Counted from the stretch's first letter, positions 40,690-53,527 are shown. The stretch is 64,000 nt of DNA from Octopus vulgaris (GCA_951406725.2 OX597814.1:104966001-105030000); one strand, 5' to 3'. Notes: generated by a model not told the origin, from the sequence alone. Numbers and translations: made by a program.

Positions 40690-41602
40690 TTGTGCCCTGA
40701 CCCCCTTGACGCGATTTGATCCTGTGTCTGGCCTCCTCAGTCATTTGTACCCGGTTCTCACAGGGATTAGAAGTGGGGCTGTCATAATATTTATACGATA
40801 TAATTTCTACATTGTTATTAACGTATAAAGCATGCAAACACTTTTAGAAGTAGTTACCAATGGTTTTATGTCAGTTTTTTATCCAGCTGTGTCAGTCAGA
40901 CCGACAATAATATTTATTGAGGCTTGTTTTTAGAGCCGTTATGTCACGCGGATTGGTTTGGGTGGCGAGATTTTGATCATGCAGAAATATATTTACAAAC
41001 TCAACTGGATAAGATTCACAATTTAGGCTGTCTAGGAAATTTCGGGGCCCACAATTTGAAGCATCAAATTGGCATGTACCGACGGTGTCTGCATTGTTTT
41101 TGCTGGCATTCAGTTTTGTAGTTCCACGTAACCTCTTTGAACTACTGAACTCGTTATCCGAACCATTTTCGCTGTCGCCACTATTTTCGATTCTCACACC
41201 GTGCCTGACATCGTCAGAAATAGATTCCGAATTACTACCTGGGTAATCCGCATCATTTTCAACTTCTAATTGAGTGAATAGGTCAAACACTCGACTGGGA
41301 ATTGCAATTTGATCGTGACGGACCAGGCTCACTTTCACACTAGAGATCGTTTCATTCTAAAAATTTCTCCCTATTTCTGCAAGAATATGCCATCAAAACG
41401 ACCGAAATAGGGGTGGGGGTAGACATATTGTTTTATTTTCAGATGTAAAAGACCTTCTGACCGGTCGATCAATACACGATCAAAACACGCCTAATGAAAC
41501 GCATTATGCGTGCACGCAGTGACCCCGCACCGCTTTACCGGTGCTACGGCACGTGAACACCTAGCATTGTCACTCCTATACAGGTGTTACGGTCTCCAAG
41601 GG
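40690..41602 (-). mobile_element. piggyBac 5' remnant
   Basis: Minus-strand start TTAA|CCCTTGGAGACC (TTAA at 41603-41606); acidic N-terminus then F....CGP......PVEFVNIFL...ATQTN...W..TD, typical of piggyBac transposases. Confidence 0.7.
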
Positions 41603-42637
41603 TTAATAAGTTACGATACTGTATGAAGTGAACGCGAGACAGTTTTCTATATCGTATATTGGAACACTGTGTCTGTTCTAAACCTAAAAGAAATTCTGGT
41701 TTCGGTTAATAAAACTGTGTCAAAATATAAATGATTAGTCTAAAACTGAAATGTATAATAAACAGTTAGGAGTGAGGAGGGGTGGCTATAGTGAGGGGGG
41801 GGGGGGCGATTGAACTAAGTTTCGTTAAAAATTGAAATGCGTCAAGATGTGTGCTTCTTGTATGAAACGATATTTGTTTGAACATTTAATTTGATTTACA
41901 ATTTACTTCATAGAATTTTATTGTATTTTACTGCCAGCTGAAAATGCTATTAATAAATGTGCTGCCAGCAATAAATGGCAGAACATGAAATAAAGAATAA
42001 AATAACAAAAGACAAACAAAAGAAAAACAGAAAAAGAAAAAAAAAAGAAAACGATACTGAAAGTAAAAATAAAAGACAAAAATGTGAATATTGTAGGCCA
42101 AAATAAGAAGAAACTATAAATAAAATATATAAATTAAAAAGGTAAAAAATAATAGATATAGGGTAGAAGTGGCGAACTATAATAATTGTTTACAAGCTGA
42201 GTGCAATTACAGGTGAAAAGAAATTTTCGTCTTTTGCAGGAAACGTTTTGTGAAATTTGAATTTAATACAATTTTTGAAGAAAACGGTCTGATATCTTAT
42301 TGTATTACCTTCATTTCATTTTCCATTTATTTTTCTTATATTTCTACAGAAAGTTGAACTTATTAAATAAACGACAACGATTTTAGAAAGTATAAATCCT
42401 ATTCTCATTATATACAGCGAAATTATTATTCAAATACGAGACGAAAATTAAAGCAACGGCAGGAAATATAGATATATTCAAAACCTACCAAGTACCCCCC
42501 CACCCCGCAACGTAACCGCCCCCCCCCCAACGTTCTTCGTCTACAAACTCCAAAACCGAAAAGGAATCAGAGAACAGAAGAAAGAAAATGATTCCTGGCA
42601 GTATCCAATATGGCAGCAACATACACTGCAACGTGTA

Positions 42638-42684
<47 letters not shown>

Positions 42685-42817
42685 GCATACAAACACACAC
42701 ACACACATATCTATATATGTATGTATATGTATGTATATATGTATACTATATATATGTAAATATATACATACAAACACACGTACACACACATATATGTATG
42801 TATATGTTATGTCTGTG

Positions 42818-42850
<33 letters not shown>

Positions 42851-42920
42851 TTGCATATCTTAATGTATGCATATATATATGTATATATATGTATATGCAT
42901 ATATATATATATGCATATGC

Positions 42921-42956
<36 letters not shown>

Positions 42957-43959
42957 GTATATATATATATATATATACATACATACATCTATATGTACAT
43001 AAATATATATATATATATACATACGTATATATGTACATGCATACACGCACTCACTCATATACACACACACACACACATATATATATATACAGATATACAT
43101 ATGTATATACATACGAGTGTGTGTGTTAGTGTGTCTATGAGGGGTAGGCAGTATGTTTACAATAGCCTGTACGCTTCATTGAATTCGTAATATTGTGTGT
43201 CAGATGTGACGTAGAGGAGGCGACGCAGTCATGCATTCGCTGCAACGCATTCAGTTATTCATTGTATCTCGCTATTTAGATCTATGTTGTGTCTATATTT
43301 GATACAGCTTGCTCGATATACAACCACTAAGTGGTAAAATACATCACGGGAGGAGGAACGCAGAAAAAAAATATATATATAAATATATAAATAAACCGAA
43401 CTGTAGGCAACAACAGCAATAGCAACAACAATACTAATATAATAGGTTTCGAACTAACATTCTATCATATGCTACAATTGTGGTCGAGATCCGCATTTAG
43501 ACATTAAACAGCGTCGAACAAGAATGGAGAATGGTTCAATAAACCATTTTGATTCAATGTAATGGTATTGTCTTGTATAGTTTTGTAATAAATGTTATTG
43601 AACTACTACGATGGAGAAGAAAAATAGAAGCGACAATGGAAACTGGCAAAGTTGAATCGAGAATAAGCAAGTAAAAGACGAGAGAGAAGTGATGTATGAT
43701 GCTGGGTGGGAGTAGAAAATACATCTCTCTCTATATATATTTATACTTGAGGGGAAATATAAATATCATATTTGGCGTTCGTTCATTAATGTTTATGTTT
43801 GACAATGGTGAAAGTGTTTCTCGCGGAGTTTAGACGAGGATCATTGCTTCTTTCTTTGTCTCACTGACTTTGCAATCACCAATAAACTACCTCCACTCTT
43901 GCATCATACACATAGATGGGAATACATATATATATACACACACATACACAGATAAATAA

Positions 43960-44004
<45 letters not shown>

Positions 44005-44062
44005 TGTGTGTGTATGCACACATACATACATACATACATACATACATACATACATACATACA

Positions 44063-44098
<36 letters not shown>

Positions 44099-44102
<4 letters not shown>

Positions 44103-44197
44103 GGCATGGCTATGTTCTTAAGAGGCTTACTCTGCAATCGCCTGTTTTCGCGGGTTCAGTCTCACTACGTAGCACCATGGGCATGTGTTTTCTATTA
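44099..44197 (+). mobile_element. SINE head (11796 family)
   Basis: GCAGGCATGGCTATG..AAGAGGCTT..GGGTTCAGTCTCACTACGTAGCACCATGGGCATGTGT. Confidence 0.65.
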
Positions 44198-44215
44198 TAA
44201 ATATATAATAGAAAG

Positions 44216-44272
<57 letters not shown>

Positions 44273-44372
44273 TGTACACGATATTTTATATGAATAATAT
44301 ATAGTCTATTAACTAAATTTTTCTTGCGCTAGGCCACCTGGTAATAAAATGTTTTTATAATTCTTATTACCC

Positions 44373-44410
<38 letters not shown>

Positions 44411-45550
44411 GGAACAAAAACTCATAAAACATTCGGACAGACGATACAAAGGCGGACAGGAAAAACATTTAGAAGGGCAGGGAAAAAAATAGACAGATCA
44501 TTCGTAGCCTTCTTTCTGCAGTCAAGTTACCAAATGTCCTTAAATTTTCGGGCAGTTACAATTGAGACTGTTGGATGTGGGTGCCCCCCAAAATGTCTAA
44601 GCTAAGAGCATTAGATTTTTTTGTAAGAAACCTAGACAATGTGTACAGCAACAAAGACAAGAAACGGAGAACATGATACACAGTTACAAATACAAACAAC
44701 AAGAATATAACAACAGGTGTCTTTCGACTGAGGACGAATCAAATTGAACTGGCGTATATAAAGTGAAAGAAGCCTAAAGGCAGGGACATAGGAGATAGAC
44801 ATGTTGGCAGTCAGCAGTCAGGCCAAGAAAGAAAGATCATGGCTGGTCGGACACGTAGAAGACAGTGGGTATTTTTTCTGTTTCCGGATGATGAACTGAC
44901 TTGTACCTGAAATCAGTCAAACTCAAGAGGTCGCACAACACACTTGTTTCCCATTTGCACCTGCATTCCTTTGTCCTCATGCACTGTTTCTATAGCCCAG
45001 TTGATCCTACGTTATGTCAGCGACTGAGTAGCAACAAAGTGCTTTTTTTCTCAGACAAGTAACCTTCCTCATTAAGTTATTCTGGTAGTGATACAGGTTT
45101 TGTCAGCGATAGCAGACCAGGAGACAGGTTGTACGGGACTACATACTAACAGTGGAACTCACTAGTGATTTCAGACATACATGCCTACACAGATATATAT
45201 TTACACATACATACACACACACATATATGCATACATACATAAATTCAGGCCCATGCACACAATAGCCGTACATAGATGATTACATATTGGTAGCAGTCAA
45301 GAGCAGGACATTTCTCAAAAGAAAACAACGAAGGGAAGAAAATGTAAAATCTAATTTGCTGTTAGTAGTTCTAGGGTTTCGGGTTTCTAAATGAGAGGAG
45401 AAGGAAATTCTCGCATACATTTTCTGTATCCCAATCAAACTAACAAATATTTTAATTAACTAAACAAACTAAACTAATATACCCGATAGAGGTGCATGCC
45501 TGCAATAAGAATGTGCTTCAGCTCGGAAGCTAGTTGGCGATCTCTCTCTC

Positions 45551-47536
45551 TTGTTTGGGCACCTACTTGCTTGCGTGTACACCAACTGGCAGCAGAACGG
45601 GAGAATTCCTAAGTCTGTGAGCCGAGGGGTGGTAGCGCTGTTAAGAAAGGAACCAAACAAGGGGGATTTAATTGATAATTTTCGGCCCATCACTCTGCTT
45701 AACGCAGAGTTGAAGATTTTGGCCAAGGTCTTAGCAAAAAGGTTGGCGCGGGTCGTGGGTGAACTTGTTGGCGAGGCGCAAACTTGCGCCATCCCTGGAA
45801 GGACCATCCACGACAATCTCCACTTTCTACGCTATGCCTTAGAAAGGGTAAATAGGATTCCTGGCAAGGGTGAGGCTATGGTCCACTTGGACCAATCGAA
45901 AGCGTTTGATAGGGTGGACCATCAGTATCTGGCGGCAGTCCTGGCGGCGGCTGGCTTCGGCCCGACCTTCCGCGGATGGATCATCGCTTTATGCAGCAAC
46001 ATCGAATCGGTTGTTCGGGTAAATGTTTTCCTTTCGGAGTCGTTCAGCATTGAACGTTCGGTACGTCAAGGGTGTCCTCTCTCCCCGCTTCTCTACGTTT
46101 TGGCCCTCGAGCCGTTGCTGAGGAGGTTGGAAACTATGAGAGGCACTCCGCAAGATCTAGGGTGCGGAAAGTCAGCTTCGGCGTATGCGGACGACATCAC
46201 CGTCATCGTTTCCCGAGTCGAGCACCTACAGTGGGTGGGTGAGGCCTTAAGGGGCTACGAAGCGGTGGCAGGAGCGAAAGTCAACCGGGATAAATCGGTC
46301 GGCTTGCAACTCGGCACCTGGAGGGGCAAGTCGGTGTCTTCCGACAGCGTCGTATGACGTTGGACGGAAGGACCGGTGAAAATGCTTGGAATCTGGTTAG
46401 GTGCAGATCTCCAGATAGAGAAGAACTGGAACGAGGTGGCGAGAAAGGTGGCTCTCCTAACTCAGACATGGTCTCAGCGGAAGCTGTCCTTGAAAGGGAG
46501 GGCGGAGGTTGCAGAGGTGTGTATCGCCTCTGTAATCACTTACCGCCTGACAGTCGTGCCTTGCCCTGATTCGTGGCTGAACAAACTGGAACGCATGCTC
46601 TTTCGCTTTTTGTGGAGGGGCAGCAGACCTCTTGTAAGGCGCTCTATTTGCTGCCAAAAGCCGCTGAAGGGTGGGTTAGGGATGCCGTGGCTAAAAATGC
46701 GCAGACATGCGCTCAGGCTTAGGCACCTCTGGATTTACCTAGACGGTGAGCAGGTGTGGTCTCCGTTCGTCAAGCTGTTATTTCCACAGTTCACATCGTT
46801 TAACGAACTGAACCTATGGATCAAGTGTAGACCGAGGTTGGGCATGTGGCATGCAGAGTGCTATCAGGTACTCGTGCTTCTCTCCCAGTCGGGCAACGCC
46901 GGCGGCAGGGCTACTACCTCGTTCTTCTATAGAGGGTTAGTAGAGTTTAAGTGTGACGACGTCCTAGGAGAAACTCTGGGCTTCGACGAAAATCAACTGG
47001 CCAGCCTGTTCCAAAGAACATTCGGTCCGGGGCCTATGGATAATTACCAAAAGCCCCTGGCCTGGCAATGTTACAGAGGAGCTTTACCGGTTCGAGATAA
47101 GCTCTTTAGACATGGGTGTGCACCTTCGCCGGTTTGTGCAAGATGTGAGAGGGACAGTGAAACTGTCCTGCATGCGATTGTGCAGTGCCCCAAGGTGACT
47201 GAACTCTGGGCTTATGTAGAACACCTGCTGTCGCATTCGAGAAGAGTGCAACTGTCGAGCGAATCTGTAATTAAGATAGTTCCGCCGACCTCCCTGAATA
47301 GGGAGGAGCGAGCATGTTTTCTTTCGGTAGTTGCTATGGCGAAAGAAGTAGTGTGGAAGACGAGAGTAAAAGGAATTGCAACAGGCATGTTTATCTCCAG
47401 TCTCGAGCTAATCGACTTTTTCGTTTTCCACATGAAACGGAAAATAAGGCTGGAGAAGAAATGCCTGTCGCAAAGTGTGTTTCGTAAAAGATGGAAGTGT
47501 ATAGCAAGTATGTTGCGAGTGAAAGAACCTGTTTAA
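45551..47536 (+). pseudogene. LINE ORF2 (RT + CCHC), one in-frame stop at 46355-46357
   Basis: ORFs 45551..46357 and 46376..47536 are in the same frame, separated by a single TGA (VV*RWTEGPVKMLGIW). Confidence 0.92.
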
Positions 47537-47752
47537 TCGGGAATGCAGAAAAGGAGAAAGCAAAGTCTTCAGTGTGAGTATGTGGTTTGTGGGGTCAACC
47601 ACGTCCTCCGCTTCATTTTTTGTTAATCACTCATTCTCATTTAATTGTATATATTTTAATTGTTTGTTTATTCATATGTTTCGTCTCATTCGATACCCTG
47701 ACCCCAACGTTTGTTTTGTCCCCTCTTTTTCTTAATCTTATGGTGAATAAAG

Positions 47753-47758
<6 letters not shown>
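45551..47758 (+). mobile_element. 5'-truncated Tx1/L1-clade LINE inserted in a (TC)n tract
   Basis: NFRPITLLNAELKILAKVLAKRL, LDQSKAFDRVDH, SVRQGCPLSPLLYVLALEPL, AYADDIT, GGLGMP, C-terminal CARC..ETVLHAIVQC; AATAAA at 47746; (TC)5 at 45541-45550 and long (TC)n from 47759. Confidence 0.93.
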
Positions 47759-47794
<36 letters not shown>

Positions 47795-47889
47795 GCTCTC
47801 TGTATGTATATGTATATATAGGATGAAATTAAGCTTGGACACCAAAAGAAGAGTAAAATTTTATTTTATAGGAGTTGAAAAGACTTCTC

Positions 47890-48130
47890 ACACTGTTACC
47901 CTGAGTTTCATGTAACCTGATCATTAGACATCCGCGAGTAATTATTGTTGAAATTAGCCTACCTGATGATCGACTTACCTGAAACTCTGTACATCTGCAA
48001 CATTCACTAATTCCTGAAGAGGGAGTCATAACCCTGAAATAGTGAATGCAGAGTGAGTTACCATTAATTCATATGCCCGTTTCCTTGTGATTTTCCTCCT
48101 TGGATTTATTTCGCATTGTTCCGACCTTAC
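47890..48130. repeat. Cluster of three decayed HHR-like motifs in a PLE pseudo-LTR remnant
   Basis: (-) TGT-CTAATGA..GAAAC-TCAGG-GTA|ACA; (+) CTGATGA(47963)..GAAAC-TCT-GTA; (+) ATTC-CTGAAGA(48014)-GGG..CCC-T-GAAAT-AGT-GAAT. Confidence 0.5.
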
Positions 48131-48159
48131 CTACGAATTATATACATATATATATATAT

Positions 48160-48214
<55 letters not shown>

Positions 48215-48235
48215 CCACAAATGCATACACACACA

Positions 48236-48296
<61 letters not shown>

Positions 48297-48594
48297 CGCA
48301 GATTTTTTTATACAATGACCAAAAGTCATACGAAAGTGTGATACAAAGCTGTTGTATGCTTACTATTTAAAAAAACAATAAGAAATGGAATTATAATGAA
48401 ATGTCCCTTGTGAAAATCGAAACTGAATCAATACCAAGTCATTGTATAATGCAGTTTTGTTTTGATTAGATCCATGAAGCTAAATATTGCTTACTAATAA
48501 ATGACGCAAGATGTAGAAGAGGTAATACCTAATATTCAATGCTAGTATAGGTTAAATGAAGTGAATATTGATTTGAAAAGCAGCATGCTCGAGT

Positions 48595-48772
48595 GAGGCG
48601 GTTAATCGATTCCATCGACCGCAGTTTTTCAACTAGTAGTCATTTTATCGACCCCGAAAGGACGAATGGTAAAGTGGACCTCAGTGGAATTTGAACCCAT
48701 AACGTAAAGACGGACGAAATGCTGCTAAGCACTTTGTCCGACACGCTAACGAATCTGCCAGCTCACCGCCTT
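48595..48772 (-). mobile_element. tRNA-derived SINE (4532 family)
   Basis: TTTTATCGACCCCGAAAGGACGAA..GGAATTTGAAC..TCTGCCAGCTCACCGCCTT. Confidence 0.85.
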
Positions 48773-49766
48773 CAAATGAAAGAAATAGTGTAGGAGATGA
48801 ATTCTGTGGGACCTATTATATAACTGGTACCTTATTTATTGACTCGGAATAGTTGGATGAGGGAGTCTGTTCCAGTAGGATTAAGAATTCGGAATGTATT
48901 TGCTTGTAACTAAATATCATAAGACAGTTTTTCTGTTGTTGAACAAACTGACTTAGTGATATTCCTGATTTGGAAAAGGTGTTAGCGTTGTAAGTGAAAT
49001 GAATTTAACTGTAGGCTCTTATTTGTATTAGAAATTCGTGATGCTAATTGCTGACATTAAGGCTCTTTCTCGGAGATGACTCTAGCACTGAGCAATTTAA
49101 GTTTAGCGGGAAAACGAGTAACATCAGATGACAGGAGAATAAATTTATTTTCAGCATTTCTCATAACGCTGTTGGCTGGAAACGTCTTTATTAAGACTCT
49201 GGATATCGGTAATGGTTGAGATGTAGTATTAATGAGATTTAGGTAAGATAAATAAAGTATGAAAGCAACTATTATCAAAAGCTATTGTAAATATTAAATA
49301 TCATAATTTAGTAATAACTACAATCATTAATAGTGCATGTGGCTTTCGCTAGTTCTTTATTTTTTCAGAATACCATGGTAGGATTATATCACGAACTGAT
49401 AGGCGATGCAAAAGGCCGGGCTAAATAACATCCCGAGTACCGTCAGAGGAAGACACTCAGTCAACGAAAAATCTCGGTAAACGAAAAGACCAGTGGAAAT
49501 TTCGATCAAGCAGTGGGGTGATTGGTAGGCGAAGTGAACCTGTAAAAATCTGAGTGAAGATTGAGAAGGAGATCCTGGTTTGAGATCCAGTTCATTTCAA
49601 GTGGCTAATTTTGCAGGGTAGTAGCGTCCCCATTTTTCTGTAGGAAGTGACAAAAACTAAGAATTAAGGAGAGAAATGTAAGATGTTATCAGCAACATGT
49701 ATATATGTGCATATATATTTGAACGTATACACATATGTACATATGTATGTATATACATACATACAT

Positions 49767-49817
<51 letters not shown>

Positions 49818-49843
49818 GGGTGTGTGTGATTGTGTATAGAAGA

Positions 49844-50275
49844 ATATATTAATAAAAGGAATTCCAACCTTGTCTGATTTTCACGTTTTATTTACAATCT
49901 TATAATGATTTAATATAAGATAATATAATATAATAAAATAAAATAAAATAATAGAATGTTAAATGTTCATTCTGATTGAACTAGTACTTTCATGCATTAA
50001 ATTATGCAATCTTCAGGTTCATGTAGTAGTGGTGACAGTCATGCTTCACAATTTTTGACTGTCAAAAATTGTGAAGCATGACTGTCACCACTACTACATG
50101 AACTGAAGATTGCATAATTTAATGCATGAAAGTACTAGTTCAATCAGAATGAACATTTAACATTCTATTATTTTATTTTATTTTATTATATTATATTATC
50201 TTATATTATAACATTATAAGATTGTAAATAAAACGTGAAAATCAGACAAGGTTGGAATTCCTTTTATTAATATAT
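49844..50275. repeat. Near-perfect ~430-bp palindrome (1-nt centre at 50060), each arm carrying an HHR motif
   Basis: ...ATTTTTGAC-T-GTCAAAAAT...; HHR TGAAC-CTGAAGA-T-TGCAT..ATGCA-T-GAAA-GTAC-TA|GTTCA on (-) 49977-50021; (+) copy 50099-50142 lacks one C. Confidence 0.92.
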
Positions 50276-50282
50276 ATATATA

Positions 50283-51053
50283 CAGTTCTATATTTAAGAG
50301 ATGAGGAATTACATAGATTATTTACAATTGACGGATATTTGTCCTCATATTGTTTGTTGTTAACACAAAGTTTCGGCTGATATACCCTCCAGCCTTCATC
50401 AGGTGTCTGAGGGAAATTTCAAACCTGGGTTCTCATTCCTAAGGTATTTTTCGATGTTCTCGTTGTTATTATTATTATTATTACTATTATTATTATTATT
50501 GAGTGAGAGAGCAGTTCATGCCATCAAAGTGACACTGGGGTAAAATATACGAAGCCCAATATACCCATCATGACTACCCGTCTGATAAAGGTACACCAGG
50601 CACATGCATCACAACCATATGTGCGCGACATGGTGATCTCATATCAAGATAAACAGCACATGACCTTGCAGGTGGGGCCCAGTTAGAATTTTCTTCAGGT
50701 TGAGTAGCCCATCCCGCTCAAACGGTCCCTGAATAAGGGTTGTTTAAGGATGTTGAAAGAACCACCCATGTTTCCAGAGGTGAACTATTCAAACCCCAAA
50801 GAATCCCTCTCAACACATGGCTATGATGCTCCCCCACTACTTCTGCTCGTGATCAGAGATGCACATATCGTCAGCCACTAAGGGACATGCTCAACTGGTT
50901 ACGGTCAAACAACTGACAAGCAAATCTGTGGTATTGAGCAGAATATTTGCTGTAGCCCATCTTTTATACCAAGACAAAACAATGTACATGATAACACTTC
51001 CAATCAGTTAAGATCAGAAGCCATGAGAGCCACTGCCTGGTACTGCATCAGGG

Positions 51054-51132
<79 letters not shown>

Positions 51133-51149
51133 GCCACTACGCCATATGC
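50283..51149 (-). mobile_element. tRNA-head/(AAT)n/hammerhead family, copy 2 (interrupted by the 50501-51055 insertion)
   Basis: Minus strand GCATATGGCGTAGTGG, (AAT)n, CATCGAAAAATACCTTAGGAATGAGAACCCAGG, GACAC-CTGATGA-A-GGCTG..CAGCC-GAAAC-TTT-GTGTT (50362-50407). Confidence 0.78.
50501..51055. mobile_element. ~555-bp non-coding element inserted into an (ATT)n tract
   Basis: Balanced-GC unique sequence flanked on both sides by (ATT)n, splitting the host element's spacer; no ORF or Pol III head recognised. Confidence 0.65.
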
Positions 51150-51150
51150 G

Positions 51151-51360
51151 GTGGGCATATGGCGTAGTGGTTAAGAGCGCGAGCTACTAACCCCAAGATT
51201 CCGAGTTCGATTCCAGGCAGTGACTTGAATCATAATAATAATAACAACAACAACATCGAAAAATACCTTAGGAATGAGAACCCAGGTTCGAAATTTCTCC
51301 AAGACACCAACCGAAACAACAAACAAGATGAGGACAAATATCCATCAAATGTAAATAATG
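51151..51360 (+). mobile_element. tRNA-head/(AAT)n/hammerhead family, copy 3 (complete head; HHR core deleted)
   Basis: A box TGGCGTAGTGG (51160-51170), anticodon-like arm GAG-CTACTAA-CCC, B box GTTCGATTC (51205-51213), (AAT)n, same body, AAGACACC..CCGAAAC..tail. Confidence 0.8.
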
Positions 51361-52734
51361 TTATCAGCAACAATTTCTAACTTTAGTGACCAGTAGTCTA
51401 CTAACTAACACCCCAGTGTCCAACACTCATAGACATTAACACACAGGCAATATCATTTTCGATACTCGATTGTTTTTATAACTCAAACGAAATGCCGTGT
51501 CATCAACATTAGTTATTTCTTCGTGAATGTATTCAAACTGCCTCTTAAATCAAACATTCCTATTAATTTTACAACCAATTGAATAAACAACAGCCGTATG
51601 TTAGTATTCATGAAACAGGATTTTGTGAATATTTTTAAATTCATAATAAATACCCAGCTACAATGGTCAAAAGATTTGACCCGTTGACCAAAATATAAAA
51701 TCTAAATGAAATTCATCTCTCATTTTCAATGGTTTCGCATCAAAGTCTCGATTGTTTTTTCCCCCAATAAGTTAAGAAACTACAACGTTGAAATATTGCA
51801 GTCGTTCCAATTTACAACACTGCAAATACTTCAACAAATAAATATCGATATAAAATAGAAATCATTATTCATACCTTGTATCGATCTCTCGGTTGATTTT
51901 CTTATTAAAAGCTTACTTTTTATGCATTTCATATATTTCTCAGGCTGTATTTATATTTAAATCTTGATTGTAATTTAAAGATAAATTCAGAATTGTTTGT
52001 TTGTCTAATTAGAAGACATTGCAATAACGCCAGAAATATACCTGACACCAAAAATAATCTTTTTGTTTCAATAACGTAATAAACACCAAATATACTAAAA
52101 GATACGTATTGATTAAACTAGCTATTTATGAAGATCAATCATCGATATTTTGAAATAAAATTACATTTCTGTCTCTCTGTTTACCTATCTTGATGTTTCT
52201 ATATTTAACATATATATTTTCCTTTGTGAATATCAGAGAATGTTCTTAAGATGGCGGAAAGACACACGAATTGACGTGCTTTATCAGGAGTCAAATATTG
52301 TTAATATCAGATGAAGATGGGCGTCGCTGGAGGAAGTTTGCTTACAAAAACAGACTCACTCTGACGAAGTGATACGTTAAGTGTATGTGTGAGTGTGTGT
52401 ATATGCGTATGCGTGTGTGTATGTGCATAAGTGTGTCTGTGTGTTTATGTATGTATGCAATTTATGTGTGTGCATACGTGTGTGTATGATTGTATATGGA
52501 TATATATATATACGCATGTATGTTTCCACATTTGTATTATGTGTTTATGTGTGTATCTATGTTTGTATGTGTGTATTTGTGTGCGTATATATGCATGTAC
52601 ATGTATGTCTATGTGTGTATGTATCTGTGCATGTATGTATGTATGTACGTAAGTATGTATGTATGCATGAATGTTTGTATGTACATGTGCAGATTCGTAT
52701 GTTTTGCTTTATGTATGTATTTTTATGCATATAG

Positions 52735-53075
52735 TTACATATCTAGACATGCTCATATATACTTAAATGATAAACCTCTAGAAAGTTCTGCACTTTTTAC
52801 AGTTCCAGTGATGGATTAGATCTGTAGTCTTCGAATTAGTTTTCTTCTTTCTGGTTTTGAGAAGCCTAGTTTCTCAAGATTGGTATTTAGGCAGTGTGTC
52901 ACATATCCCAGGGTCCAAATAATTACAGGCATAAACCTGAATTTGTAATCTGGATAGAGTAACTGCAGATTTCTCAATAGTTCACCGTAGGTGTTCTTTT
53001 TTTCTCTAATCTTCAGGTTTATGTTAACATCTACTGAGCAGCTGATTTCCACAGCTGTGGAAAGTTTCTCTTCTG
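52735..53075 (-). mobile_element. Dong/R4-like 3' end (same family as 37510-38165)
   Basis: [55 protein letters not shown]. Confidence 0.85.
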
Positions 53076-53527
53076 TCTGTCTGTCTGTCTGTCTGTATGT
53101 ATGTATGTATGTATGTATGTATGTATGTATGTATGTATGTATGTATATATGTATGTATGTATTATATACCCGTCTCTCTATTTCTATGTAATTTATGTAT
53201 GAATGCTTATATCTATATATATATTTTAGTCACTTTTGTCCCTCATTTTATACATGGAATTGAAAGGACTTCAACATGGTCCTTCATACTCCTAGAAATG
53301 ACAGTCAACCGTCACTCAGTCCCCACGGTATACTGTCTAAAACTAAAGCCGTAACGTTCATAAAATACTACGTTATACAATATTTCAGAAACGGCAGATA
53401 GGAATAATTACAAGATAGAACGATTTTGATCAGAATTCTGTTCAATGAAGGGTGAATAGAATTAAGCATCATCATCAACAAGAACAACCAGGACAACAAC
53501 AACAACCACAGCAGCAGCAACAACAGT

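Noticed and set aside
44885-44935. ATGATGA-ACTGA..TCAGT-CAAAC motif
   Set aside because: Two core positions mutated and no clear cleavage site; at best a dead HHR.
46355-46357. In-frame TGA as selenocysteine or read-through
   Set aside because: Most simply a GGA>TGA nonsense mutation in a truncated LINE; no SECIS recognised.
51151-51224. Functional tRNA gene
   Set aside because: Acceptor and anticodon stems pair poorly, there is no T-run terminator, and it is fused to a repeat body; treated as a tRNA-derived head.
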